In this document: positions 35,443 to 44,246 of the stretch, in pieces
Layout of the letters: each line of letters opens with the position of its first letter
Numbering within the stretch: the stretch's first letter is position 1
Source of the DNA: a virus
Lineage: Duplodnaviria; Caudoviricetes
IMG/VR virus record: IMGVR_UViG_3300033463_000073
Coordinates: 1 to 64,000 of that record
DNA: 64,000 nucleotides
Reading direction: 5' to 3' (one strand)
Made by a program: the position numbers and the translations under genes
Notes under the pieces: model-generated
The model's database searches: none
Told to the model about the DNA's origin: nothing
What the model saw: the letters and a program-made list of their open reading frames with translations, nothing else

Positions 35443-35652
35443 TCATATCTTTACTTCAATAGGTGAATTTTCCCAAGTTATGTCTTTTCTTGTGTCATAT
35501 TCAAAAAAGAAAGGGAGTGGCGCATAATCGAACTTTGCTTCCAAATCTTCCCACTCTCCAAACTCTTCGTCACGCAACGGCTTTCCTAAATAGCCGTACA
35601 AATGTCCGTCTTTACTTCTTGCTAACCACATACTACGCCTCGTTATTTTCAA
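35443..35652 (-). CDS. hypothetical protein
   Basis: 69 aa; WLARSKDGHLYGY...ITWENSPIEV. Confidence 0.65.
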   Translation of the reverse strand: MKITRRSMWLARSKDGHLYGYLGKPLRDEEFGEWEDLEAKFDYAPLPFFFEYDTRKDITWENSPIEVKI

Positions 35653-37438
35653 GTTCTACAATCTCGTTGTACATTCTCTCCATCTCTGCGTATGCGATGT
35701 CGTGACAGCCTGCGGTCAGAATGTCGTTCTTGTACCCACTGACTGTGTACGTGCCGTTGCCCTTCGTGTTCCACTCCATCGGCTTGAACGACTTCGGGTC
35801 GTCGTGCCACTGCTTGACCTTCTTGAACCACAACTTTGCAACCGCAACAGGAACACGCACGTTCTTGCTCGACTCCACATACGTCTTGTCGAGGTTGAGT
35901 CTGAGAAGCACGTTACCGCCATAGTAGAACACATTCTTGCTCGCTGCTTCTGATTCTGCATCGTAGATGTCAGTGAGGTGCAGTCGCCACAAGTCGCGGA
36001 AGCCCTCGATGCCACGCTCGATGCATGCATCAATCTGCTCCTGCTTGACTTGCTTCTTATACTCTTCCTCTCGCTTTCTCTCCTCTGCCTGACGCTGGCG
36101 CTCAATCTCCATTGCACGTTTGCGGGCTTCCTTGTCTGCATAGTGCTTGTCCTGTCTCTCGATGAACCACGACACAAGGGCGAACTCTTTGTCTGTTGTC
36201 AACATTCTCAGATGTGCATCATTCAGATAGATGTCGTCGTCATAAGAGTGCTTTTTCTCTTTCGTATTCGCTTTTGCCATCTTGAGGATGGAGATTGCCT
36301 TGCGGTTGTCCTGCACCTCTTTGCACTTTGCATAGAATCCTGCAATCCACTGCTCCTTGTCTTCGCTCTTGCGGAATCCGTCATAGTCAAATTCAACGCG
36401 TGTGTCGCACCAGTAGAAGCCGTAGATGTATTCGCCGCTGAGGTCGTATTCCTCGCCAGTGTACATATTGCGGCACGTCAAGACCATGTCGCTGTATGAC
36501 TTTCCATGCCACGAGGAATTTTCTTGCGGGTTGCAGCCGACAATCCACCTGTATGCATTCCACTTGTTCTTCTCGTACTTCTTCTTGCGCTCGTCCTCGT
36601 GCTTGCGCCACTCCTTGTGTGCAAGAACTTTGAAATGCAACTCAACACGCTCCTTTGCAGTGAGCTTACGGATGCCGTCGGCACTCATTTCGTGGCTCAT
36701 CATGCCTCTGTACCCTCTATACGACACATACGGACTGCCGATGCCGAGACGCTTGCACAGGCTTTCCATCTGAATCCTCTTGTCTTCTGACTTGCGGTAG
36801 CGTGCGCAGTAGTCGTAGTACTTCTTGTATGTGCCTTGTCCGAATGCAGCATCTACGAGCACACGCACTTCTCTCTCGCCCTTGTACAAAGCCTTGACGA
36901 TAATCTTCTTCCGTTTCCATGTGCCATCCGTGTCGATACGCTTCTTCTTGAGCCACTTTGGTACAGTTGTGTCCTTGTACATGGAACATAGTTTCTCCAC
37001 GTACGCCCAATACTCTTCGATGATTCGCTCTGCGTTTTTGTCGAGGTCTTTCTGCTTGCCGTCGACCATTGCATTGAGAGCGTCGTATATCTCACCAACC
37101 CAATAGTCCATGAGTCTCACACGTGCATCGTAGTTAAACTCACCCCAGCCGAGCAAGTCGCAGCCCTGATAAGTATAGTATCCGCCATGACCATCCTCGT
37201 AAGGGAATAGTGTAACGTCCTTCGGGAAGCTGCTCTGCCACAGCTTATGCCCGTTAGACGTGATGCTTGTATTTCCATGATACACGATGCAGACCTTCTC
37301 GTCCACCCACTGGCCGAAGACAGTCGAATAGCTGTAGTAGTTGCGCCCCTCGATGTGTACACTTGAACCTTTCAGTCCTTTCTCAAAATTGTAGTCTCTG
37401 TTGGCGAATCTGTGCGCCACTGTTCCGTTGCTTGCCAT
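35633..37438 (-). CDS. large hypothetical early protein
   Basis: 601 aa, strong coding bias. Confidence 0.85.
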   Translation of the reverse strand: MASNGTVAHRFANRDYNFEKGLKGSSVHIEGRNYYSYSTVFGQWVDEKVCIVYHGNTSITSNGHKLWQSSFPKDVTLFPYEDGHGGYYTYQGCDLLGWGEFNYDARVRLMDYWVGEIYDALNAMVDGKQKDLDKNAERIIEEYWAYVEKLCSMYKDTTVPKWLKKKRIDTDGTWKRKKIIVKALYKGEREVRVLVDAAFGQGTYKKYYDYCARYRKSEDKRIQMESLCKRLGIGSPYVSYRGYRGMMSHEMSADGIRKLTAKERVELHFKVLAHKEWRKHEDERKKKYEKNKWNAYRWIVGCNPQENSSWHGKSYSDMVLTCRNMYTGEEYDLSGEYIYGFYWCDTRVEFDYDGFRKSEDKEQWIAGFYAKCKEVQDNRKAISILKMAKANTKEKKHSYDDDIYLNDAHLRMLTTDKEFALVSWFIERQDKHYADKEARKRAMEIERQRQAEERKREEEYKKQVKQEQIDACIERGIEGFRDLWRLHLTDIYDAESEAASKNVFYYGGNVLLRLNLDKTYVESSKNVRVPVAVAKLWFKKVKQWHDDPKSFKPMEWNTKGNGTYTVSGYKNDILTAGCHDIAYAEMERMYNEIVELENNEA

Positions 37439-37476
37439 AATGTTTTAATGTTTTTAATTGTTAATACTGTTTGTTG

Positions 37477-37767
37477 TTAAAGCCGATAAGTAGTGCGTGC
37501 CCTGTATCTGTAGCCGCCATAGTTCTCGTATATTCTGAAGCCCTGCTCCTTCATGATTCTGTTTATTTCATCATGATAGCACTGTCCTGCCATGAAATCA
37601 AACACTTGAGAGTCTGCTTTCGGCTTGTCGTCAGTCTCCCACCATCCGCACACGAGCTCAAGGCTTTCTCCGTCCTTGCACTTCTTTGCGCAGTCCTCGA
37701 CGATTTCAAGAACCATCTGCTCGATTGTCTTGCCTTTTAGATTGGCATATTTCTCTGCAATAGTCAT
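37477..37767 (-). CDS. hypothetical protein
   Basis: Start moved to MTIAEKY. Confidence 0.65.
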   Translation of the reverse strand: MTIAEKYANLKGKTIEQMVLEIVEDCAKKCKDGESLELVCGWWETDDKPKADSQVFDFMAGQCYHDEINRIMKEQGFRIYENYGGYRYRARTTYRL

Positions 37768-37949
37768 ACCCTGTCCTCCTCTGTATTGATTACGTCCACG
37801 TCCTCGATGTCCTCTTCTGGGAAATCCGTACTTGCGAGGTACGAACATGCGTCCATCAATGCCTCGTCCTTGTTCTCACCGATGCCGCTACATGGCAGCA
37901 CCACACCGCTTGCCAATGTGACAAGCACCAAAAATGCCTTTGCTTTCAT
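37764..37949 (-). CDS. hypothetical protein with hydrophobic N-terminus
   Basis: 61 aa. Confidence 0.6.
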   Translation of the reverse strand: MKAKAFLVLVTLASGVVLPCSGIGENKDEALMDACSYLASTDFPEEDIEDVDVINTEEDRV

Positions 37950-38029
37950 AATGATGATGTTTTAATTGTTTATTGATGTCTGTCAGCGTGGCGGGCGTGT
38001 CGATAGTGGCTGCGCCCACCTTCTGCCGT

Positions 38030-38278
38030 TTACTGTATGTCCATGTATGCAATACCGTTCCCTCTCCCGCTTACGACGCAAAGAAGGTGGTTCTTTAACA
38101 CATACCTCATAATTTCCTCGTGGTCTGTAGAAAACATCAGGGTAAACTCAACATCCATGCAGTATGCGTTATAGGCGAATTTATCCACCCTGCACACGTA
38201 TTTTCTGTTGTGACACTTGTTCTTCTCGTTGAGCCGTCTGAAGAGTGACTTCAGCTCTTTCAATTGCTTGTTTGTCAT
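38030..38278 (-). CDS. hypothetical protein
   Basis: Start moved to MTNKQLKE. Confidence 0.65.
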   Translation of the reverse strand: MTNKQLKELKSLFRRLNEKNKCHNRKYVCRVDKFAYNAYCMDVEFTLMFSTDHEEIMRYVLKNHLLCVVSGRGNGIAYMDIQ

Positions 38279-38282
38279 AATG

Positions 38283-38381
38283 CTACTTGTTCTTAAATTG
38301 ATACTCATGTTTTGCGTCGCTGAATATGCATGCACCGCCTGCGACCAAGACGATGCCAACGATGATAGATAATGTAATCAT
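38283..38381 (-). CDS. small membrane peptide
   Basis: 32 aa MITLSIIVGIVLVAGGACIF... Confidence 0.5.
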   Translation of the reverse strand: MITLSIIVGIVLVAGGACIFSDAKHEYQFKNK

Positions 38382-38581
38382 GCCTTTGCTATTAAATACA
38401 ATTCGCTCCATGTATCGCAACCGAAATAACGAGGGTTGTTGTACTCTTCATCTGCTTGCTGCAACACGTTCCAATACTCACGGTTTGCCCAATACTGAGC
38501 CTCAAATATCTGCCATGCGATTTCGCACTCAATTTCCTTCTGTGTCATACTATTCTGCTTAATTCGTGATAATAGTCCCAT
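38378..38581 (-). CDS. hypothetical protein
   Basis: 67 aa. Confidence 0.55.
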   Translation of the reverse strand: MGLLSRIKQNSMTQKEIECEIAWQIFEAQYWANREYWNVLQQADEEYNNPRYFGCDTWSELYLIAKA

Positions 38582-38982
38582 GTCTTGGTGCTCCAGCCGC
38601 TGCGCACTGCGTTTGCTTTGCTGAGTTGATACATCATGTCGCGCAACTCCCTGCGGTCGCGTGCCTTAATTTGCTCCATGACCCAGTCCGCGTGTTGCTG
38701 CTGCGTCGGATAGTCCATGTAATAGAACATATCGCGGTCGAAGTCCCTGCGCTTTGCGTACTTGACGATATGCGCCACCAAGCGGTCGAACACCTTGCCG
38801 ATGCGCTGCTGCTCCTTGATTGCAGCCCACAATTTGCCTGCTTTGTGCGGATTCGACTTGCACCAAGCACGACAGAACTTGTCCTTGTCGCCTATAAAAG
38901 CGTTATAAGCCATCTCGATTTCCACATATTCCTCCGCCGTGGGCTGATAGCCTGTGCGGTCGATAAACTCACTTAACAACAT
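38545..38982 (-). CDS. hypothetical early protein
   Basis: MLLSEFIDRTGYQPT...DKDKFCRAW. Confidence 0.75.
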   Translation of the reverse strand: MLLSEFIDRTGYQPTAEEYVEIEMAYNAFIGDKDKFCRAWCKSNPHKAGKLWAAIKEQQRIGKVFDRLVAHIVKYAKRRDFDRDMFYYMDYPTQQQHADWVMEQIKARDRRELRDMMYQLSKANAVRSGWSTKTWDYYHELSRIV

Positions 38983-38984
38983 AA

Positions 38985-39260
38985 TCAATCCTCCAACTTT
39001 TGCCAAATTGCCAACAACTCCATATCCTCTCGCTCCCTGTCAGGGCTGCATATATATTCTATCTGCGCACCTGCCTCTATGTCGCCCTCGTTGTCGTTTC
39101 CATCCCACAGACACCAATCGAGACACGGGAACGCTTTTTTAAGTTCTCCGTAAACACTGAAACTTCCGTAGATAAACTTAAATTCGTAATCCCTGCTATA
39201 AATAAACATGATTGGCTCGTCGTCTTGCATGACAGCCACCTGTAAATTGTACTTTGCCAT
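38985..39260 (-). CDS. hypothetical acidic protein
   Basis: 91 aa. Confidence 0.7.
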   Translation of the reverse strand: MAKYNLQVAVMQDDEPIMFIYSRDYEFKFIYGSFSVYGELKKAFPCLDWCLWDGNDNEGDIEAGAQIEYICSPDREREDMELLAIWQKLED

Positions 39261-39441
39261 ATTTATGCCTCCTCTATTACTATGTGATGATACTTGAATC
39301 CGTACTTGCGCAGGCTGAACTCCAGCTCAAGCGCCTCTCTCTGTGCCTTCTCGATGCTTTTGCAGATGGTCGGGCAGAAGCCTCTCAGACAATAGCCCCT
39401 TGCGTCTGCTGGATATACACGTGTCCTCATATTTCGCCCTC

Positions 39442-39627
39442 CTATAACTTTATTACTTCTGCACGCTCGTTGTGCATGCGCATCTGCACGCACAAATCGT
39501 CACACACCTGCTTTGTGTCTTGGAACAACACGACGCCTGCGACGACGACAGCCCACAACACGATGCTCTTAGGGCAGTAAGGCGTACCAACCTTTACTGC
39601 GCCCTGCTTCTTAATCCTTTGTCTCAT
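39442..39627 (-). CDS. small membrane protein
   Basis: IVLWAVVVAGVVLF; start moved to MRQRIKK. Confidence 0.5.
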   Translation of the reverse strand: MRQRIKKQGAVKVGTPYCPKSIVLWAVVVAGVVLFQDTKQVCDDLCVQMRMHNERAEVIKL

Positions 39628-39768
39628 AATGCTTTTTGTTTTAAATTGTTTGCTACCCAAAAAGGTGGGCACACGTATGCACCCACCTGTCTGACGCACT
39701 ATGCCTAAAGCCTGTTTATGCACGCATAGTCGTGCCTGTGCAATTTTCTCGCATGGTTACGCACCTGC

Positions 39769-40164
39769 TTACTTTGCGGCCTCGATGCTCTGTGCGAGCA
39801 CCTGAAACACCTTGCGAGGAGTCCACGATGTCACCTTGCGCAGCACGGGAATCTGCACCTCTTTGTCGCTTGCATCCTTCTGCTTCTTCATGCCCCAGAT
39901 ACCCACGTAGTCGTTGCCCTTCTTATCCGTGCCGTGCAGATTCTTATGCACCTTCTCGAAGAACGCTGCTGGAGTCAGCTTTTCTGCATCCACGTCCACA
40001 CCAACGGCTGCGAATACTTCTCTGTAGCCTGCTTTGAGAAGCTGGCTGCGCTGAATATCCTTTAGCACGCTGCTGATGCTGCGATACTCTTTGTCTGCAC
40101 TACGCATAGAACCTGCTACGCCCTTTAATAACTCACTTGCATTGTTGATAAAATCGTACTTCAT
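39769..40164 (-). CDS. first gene of the leftward early operon, function unknown
   Basis: 131 aa, strong A-rich start. Confidence 0.8.
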   Translation of the reverse strand: MKYDFINNASELLKGVAGSMRSADKEYRSISSVLKDIQRSQLLKAGYREVFAAVGVDVDAEKLTPAAFFEKVHKNLHGTDKKGNDYVGIWGMKKQKDASDKEVQIPVLRKVTSWTPRKVFQVLAQSIEAAK

Positions 40165-40199
40165 AATTGTAATGTTTTAAATTTCTGCGATATTGCATT

Positions 40200-40264
40200 G
40201 TAAGCGCATAGGAATTGAACCTATTATGACGACACAATGTGCCTGCATAGCAAACCTGCGCACC
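40200..40264 (-). ncRNA. highly degenerate tRNA-like element
   Basis: T arm ATAGG-TTCAATT-CCTAT and 4-bp GCGC acceptor core only. Confidence 0.3.
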
Positions 40265-40700
40265 CTTTGTTAGTGCCACCTTTGTTTTTCCCATTTCGGT
40301 ACTCTTTTCGTCAATGTTAAGTGCCCATGTGTACTTTCGTACGGGCACAAAATAGCACAATACTTTTTTGCTGTCTCCGCCGTGGTGCACCGCATTTCGC
40401 TGCTCTTCCACTTTCTTTGCCCCTGATTCGGGTTACAAAGTGCCCACGCCTACTTTGCTATGGAATGCATTTCGACCCCGTCACTGAAATGTCAGCTCAC
40501 ACCACGGCTTATAATAAGCCCATTCTTTGAGTTGCGGGCAACCCTATAGTAATTGACGTTTACTATATCAGCGTACAGACGTATTTTTTCAATTTCTGTT
40601 ACCAAGCCCCGTCTGTCGGCTCTGAGTCTGTCGCCTATTTCAGGCACTCAATTTAGTTGTTTATCTTCTATCTGTTTCGTATTATTTAATTTTCTTGGTG

Positions 40701-40708
40701 CAAAGTTA
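40701..40708 (-). promoter_or_regulatory. -7 element (TAACTTTG) of the leftward early operon
   Basis: TAnnTTTG. Confidence 0.65.
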
Positions 40709-40769
40709 CGGCGATATTTGCACCTATACAAACAATTTCGACAAATAGGCGTATTTTCTCGACAAAATA

Positions 40770-41140
40770 ACATATTTTATCTATAATAGGTATTTTTACC
40801 ATGTAATTATTTGACAAAAGTTTAAATATACACTATAATAATATTATATAAACTATTGATTATCAGATAGTTATGAATAAAAATATTATATACGTATTAA
40901 AATTATTGATAGTCATGGGGAAAAATTGCACATTTTTCTATTTTTGTGCAATTTATCCATAGAGTTATAAAGCGTAATAGTGTATTAATATAATAGTACA
41001 CCCTATTTTATTATAATAATGTACGCGCGAAAAAGTTTCTTTCTTTTATATTTTCTTTCTTTCTCTATATACTGGATAGATTAATATTTAGATTAATGTT
41101 ATTATGTATTAGTGTTTAAGTACAAATAATATATTATGGT
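40770..41140. other. very AT-rich non-coding divergence region (candidate genome end/origin)
   Basis: Coding strand switches here; no ORFs. Confidence 0.5.
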
Positions 41141-41464
41141 GTAAAGAGTAAAATGATAGCAAATAATAACTTTATATCATCATCATAAAAGAATGATGGC
41201 GTAAAAACTGGAAAACGGCTAAATAGACATAATGATAATAAACGAACGTATTTAAAACGTATTTTTAACCCTAAAAAGATAGTAGATAAAATACGGCTTA
41301 AAATGTACGAAAACAGACGAAAGTAAACAGACGGGCGGGGTGATGTGAGCAAAGCGAAAGGATATGGTGCAAGTAGTCCTTCCAGAAAATCGAAAACGAA
41401 AAATTTTAAAAAATTAAAAAATGAGATTTTCACCAAAACGTTTGGTAGTTTCAAATAATTATTG

Positions 41465-41472
41465 TACTTTTG
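41465..41472 (+). promoter_or_regulatory. -7 element (TACTTTTG)
   Basis: TAnnTTTG 40 nt upstream of the GIY-YIG gene. Confidence 0.7.
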
Positions 41473-41511
41473 CACTGTGAATTTATTGTTTAATATTAAA
41501 AGATTGGGATT

Positions 41512-42750
41512 ATGGATTTGGAAGAAGTTAAGAAGTTAAGGATTAGCTGTATTTACAGGATTACGTTTCCAGATGGCAAGTATTATGTCGGTCATACGAA
41601 GAACTTGTGTGAGCGTGTGCAGTTGTATGAGCGTAATTTGGATGATTCGAGCGACAAGTCTCGTGTGATGTGCGCTTTGCGTGAGTGTGGTATTAGGAAT
41701 GTATCTTGGGACGTGCTATGCGCCGTTAGTGTCAAGTGTGACGAAGATTTGAAGCTATGCTTGTCTATTTTGGAGATTAAGTACATCAGGGAGAACGGCT
41801 GTATTTATCCTAATGGCTACAACACAAGCATCGGTGGTGAGCTGTTGGGTATTCCGTCTGATGTCATCGAGATGAAATTCGGAGTTGATGCTACTGGTTA
41901 TGCGCCAAAACCTGTTCTTGTCTATGATGCTGAAGGCAATTTTATGTCTGAGCATGCGTCGATAGGAAGGTGTGCGTATGCGCTTGGCGTTGACGTGAAC
42001 GATGTCAAGCGTCATATCGGTAAAGTTTCCCTTGTTAGGGGTACTTACATGGTTCGTGAGAAGAAGTACAGAGAAGTACCGAGTAAGATTGTGCCGTTCG
42101 AGCCGTCTGTATCCGTCCGTCATGTGACGAAGACGGAGTATGATGTCGTAAGGGAGAAGATATACAGGAAGGTTGAGATTACGAATGCTGCTATCATGTA
42201 CGACAAGGACGGTAATTATGTAGGTTTGTTCGATAACTCCAATCATTCGCGTCATTTCCTTCGTCTCGACTTTGCCTGTCCGTTTGGTCGTGAGACTCGT
42301 GGGATGTATCTTTTTCACTACAACGGAGGTGAGATTAAGAAGAGTATCGGGCGCATAACGTCGAAGGTTGTCAAGACGATTCTGTATGATGATATTCTTG
42401 CTTACGGAGACAGAGACGATATAGGGAGTCTTATATCTTTCGATATTGACATTGAGTCGGAGGTTGAGGAAGAGTGTGACGACAAGAAGAGAGCAAGAAA
42501 AAACGATGTCATCAAGAAGGAGAGGGTGTCGCGTCCAGTATCGTGCTATACGCTCATTGGCGAGTATGTGAATACATTTTCTTCTGTCGTTGAAGCAGCC
42601 GACGAGCTCGGTATGCACGCATCTGCAATACGCTCTTGTATAGCGAGGACATGCAGGCGTGCTGGCGAATACGTCTTCCGATACGCTGACGAGGACTTGG
42701 ATTTGCCAGAGTTTAGCTCAGTGACACTTAAAAAGTACGTCAAAAAGTGA
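41512..42750 (+). CDS. GIY-YIG endonuclease with NUMOD1 DNA-binding repeats
   Basis: CIYRITFPDGKYYVGHT, E...YI...YPNGYN; RPVSCYTLIGEYVNTFSSVVEAA. Confidence 0.85.
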   Translation: MDLEEVKKLRISCIYRITFPDGKYYVGHTKNLCERVQLYERNLDDSSDKSRVMCALRECGIRNVSWDVLCAVSVKCDEDLKLCLSILEIKYIRENGCIYPNGYNTSIGGELLGIPSDVIEMKFGVDATGYAPKPVLVYDAEGNFMSEHASIGRCAYALGVDVNDVKRHIGKVSLVRGTYMVREKKYREVPSKIVPFEPSVSVRHVTKTEYDVVREKIYRKVEITNAAIMYDKDGNYVGLFDNSNHSRHFLRLDFACPFGRETRGMYLFHYNGGEIKKSIGRITSKVVKTILYDDILAYGDRDDIGSLISFDIDIESEVEEECDDKKRARKNDVIKKERVSRPVSCYTLIGEYVNTFSSVVEAADELGMHASAIRSCIARTCRRAGEYVFRYADEDLDLPEFSSVTLKKYVKK

Positions 42751-42789
42751 AATCTCGGTAAAATTGTTGTCGGTGTGAGGATTTTGTGT

Positions 42790-42797
42790 TATCTTTG
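42790..42797 (+). promoter_or_regulatory. -7 element (TATCTTTG)
   Basis: TAnnTTTG. Confidence 0.6.
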
Positions 42798-42828
42798 CAC
42801 CGACTTCTAATAAATTCACAGATTTTCG

Positions 42829-42860
42829 GTCGTCATCGTTGTGAAACGGTGGCGGCTTTT
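42829..42860 (+). terminator. intrinsic terminator
   Basis: GTCGTCATCGT-TGTGAA-ACGGTGGCGGC-TTTT (11-bp stem with GU pairs). Confidence 0.7.
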
Positions 42861-43022
42861 GTATTCTATAGTCGCAGAATCGTCGTAGATGTCGTTTTTA
42901 AGCTCTCTGACAGCATAACGCCAGCGGTATAGTATAATTGTCCACCGAGCCGAAATTCGTCGATTCTGAGCGATTTCTGAAGGTTTTTTTGTTTTTTTCT
43001 TGGTTGTTTGGCTTAAAAGCAG

Positions 43023-43030
43023 TACTTTTG
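43023..43030 (+). promoter_or_regulatory. -7 element (TACTTTTG) abutting the start codon
   Basis: 5 nt before the ATG at 43036. Confidence 0.6.
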
Positions 43031-43035
43031 CAGCC

Positions 43036-43902
43036 ATGAGAGAGGAATTGGAAGAGAAAATCAGGCAGAGTACGCTTCTTATACGTCACGCATACAGGCA
43101 TGCGACGTGGCAGGACAAGAAGCTGGAGGTTGCCATCAGTGGCGGAAAGGACTCTGATGTCCTGATAGAGCTGTGCAAGATGGCTTGGGTGTGGGGCAAG
43201 GACGGTCTGAGGCCGTTGCATAGGGTTACGACCATAGACCCTCCCTATACGATTAGGCACTGTATGGAGCAGGGGGTTGAGATACGCCGTCCGAAGCGTG
43301 ATTTTGCCCATTGCATACTCAGGAGCGGCTTCCCTACGATGTTCCAGCGCCACTGCTGCGGAGAGCTGAAGGAGTTCGCTGTCGAGGACTACGTCCTTAT
43401 AGGCGTCAGGAAGAGCGAGAGCGTCCACAGGAGCAAGCGATACACCTGCGACCAAGAGCTCAGGTCTTACGGCAACGGTGGCGGGAGGAATATGCAGTAC
43501 TATCCTCTCCTGAACTGGACTGACGAGGACGTGGCTGAGTTCATAGAGGAGCGTAAGATTAAGTGCCATCCCCTGTACTACGACGAGAACGGCAATTTCC
43601 ATGTGGAGAGAAGGCTTGGATGCATGGGATGCCCGCTGATGTACTACAGGAAGCGCATAGAGGATTTTAAGCGTCATCCGAAGATGGTTCGTTTCTGGTG
43701 CAGATGGGGCAAGCAGTACTTTGATACGCATCCTGACGTCAAGACGCACGAATATTTCTCTGACGTGTTCGAGTGGTTTGTGTGCAATACGTTCTACAAT
43801 GATATGGACGACTACAACAGGAAGTGGGAGCACGACAGGGACGGAAAGACTGCGAAGGAGTTCCTTGAGGAGTACTTCTCTATAAGCCTTGATAACTTAT
43901 AG
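43036..43902 (+). CDS. PAPS/APS-reductase-family PP-loop protein with 4Fe-4S motif
   Basis: VAISGGKDS, RHCCGELKE, IGVRKSESVHRSKR, PLLNWT, RLGCMGCP. Confidence 0.85.
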   Translation: MREELEEKIRQSTLLIRHAYRHATWQDKKLEVAISGGKDSDVLIELCKMAWVWGKDGLRPLHRVTTIDPPYTIRHCMEQGVEIRRPKRDFAHCILRSGFPTMFQRHCCGELKEFAVEDYVLIGVRKSESVHRSKRYTCDQELRSYGNGGGRNMQYYPLLNWTDEDVAEFIEERKIKCHPLYYDENGNFHVERRLGCMGCPLMYYRKRIEDFKRHPKMVRFWCRWGKQYFDTHPDVKTHEYFSDVFEWFVCNTFYNDMDDYNRKWEHDRDGKTAKEFLEEYFSISLDNL

Positions 43903-44044
43903 CTCCTTTTTTTATTTGCAGAGTAAATCCAAAAAAGAAGTAAGTTGCTGAAAATCAGCGTATTTTTATTTGCTTGTAATTTGCTTTTGTTTTTTTCTGC
44001 CATGGATTTCAAGAAAAGAGCTGATTTTACGCGCGCGTGTATAT

Positions 44045-44140
44045 GTAATACTTATACATAGTAGACACTATAATATAGTAATACTTATATAATAGTATAC
44101 ACTTAAACATAGTAATACTTGTATAAAAGTGTAACTATAT
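44045..44140. repeat. imperfect 16-17-nt tandem repeats (iteron-like)
   Basis: GTAATACTT at 44045, 44078 and 44112, alternating with GTA(G/T)ACACT. Confidence 0.6.
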
Positions 44141-44194
44141 GTTAAAGTTGTGTTAAAGTCTGGATAAGATTATAAATATTTCAAGAACTATGTC

Positions 44195-44202
44195 TATATT
44201 TG
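44195..44202 (+). promoter_or_regulatory. -7 element (TATATTTG)
   Basis: TAnnTTTG. Confidence 0.7.
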
Positions 44203-44246
44203 CAGCGAATTTCATTATTTATTTACGTTAAACAGAGAGAAATATT

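Noticed and set aside
35350-35720. Diversity-generating retroelement (TR/VR pair)
   Set aside because: Differences are mostly synonymous and not adenine-specific; no reverse transcriptase in the window
41755-43833. Long antisense ORFs (e.g. 41755..42618, 42898..43833, 60568..61449, 5625..6191, 8340..8975)
   Set aside because: Shadow frames of well-supported opposite-strand genes with no motifs of their own
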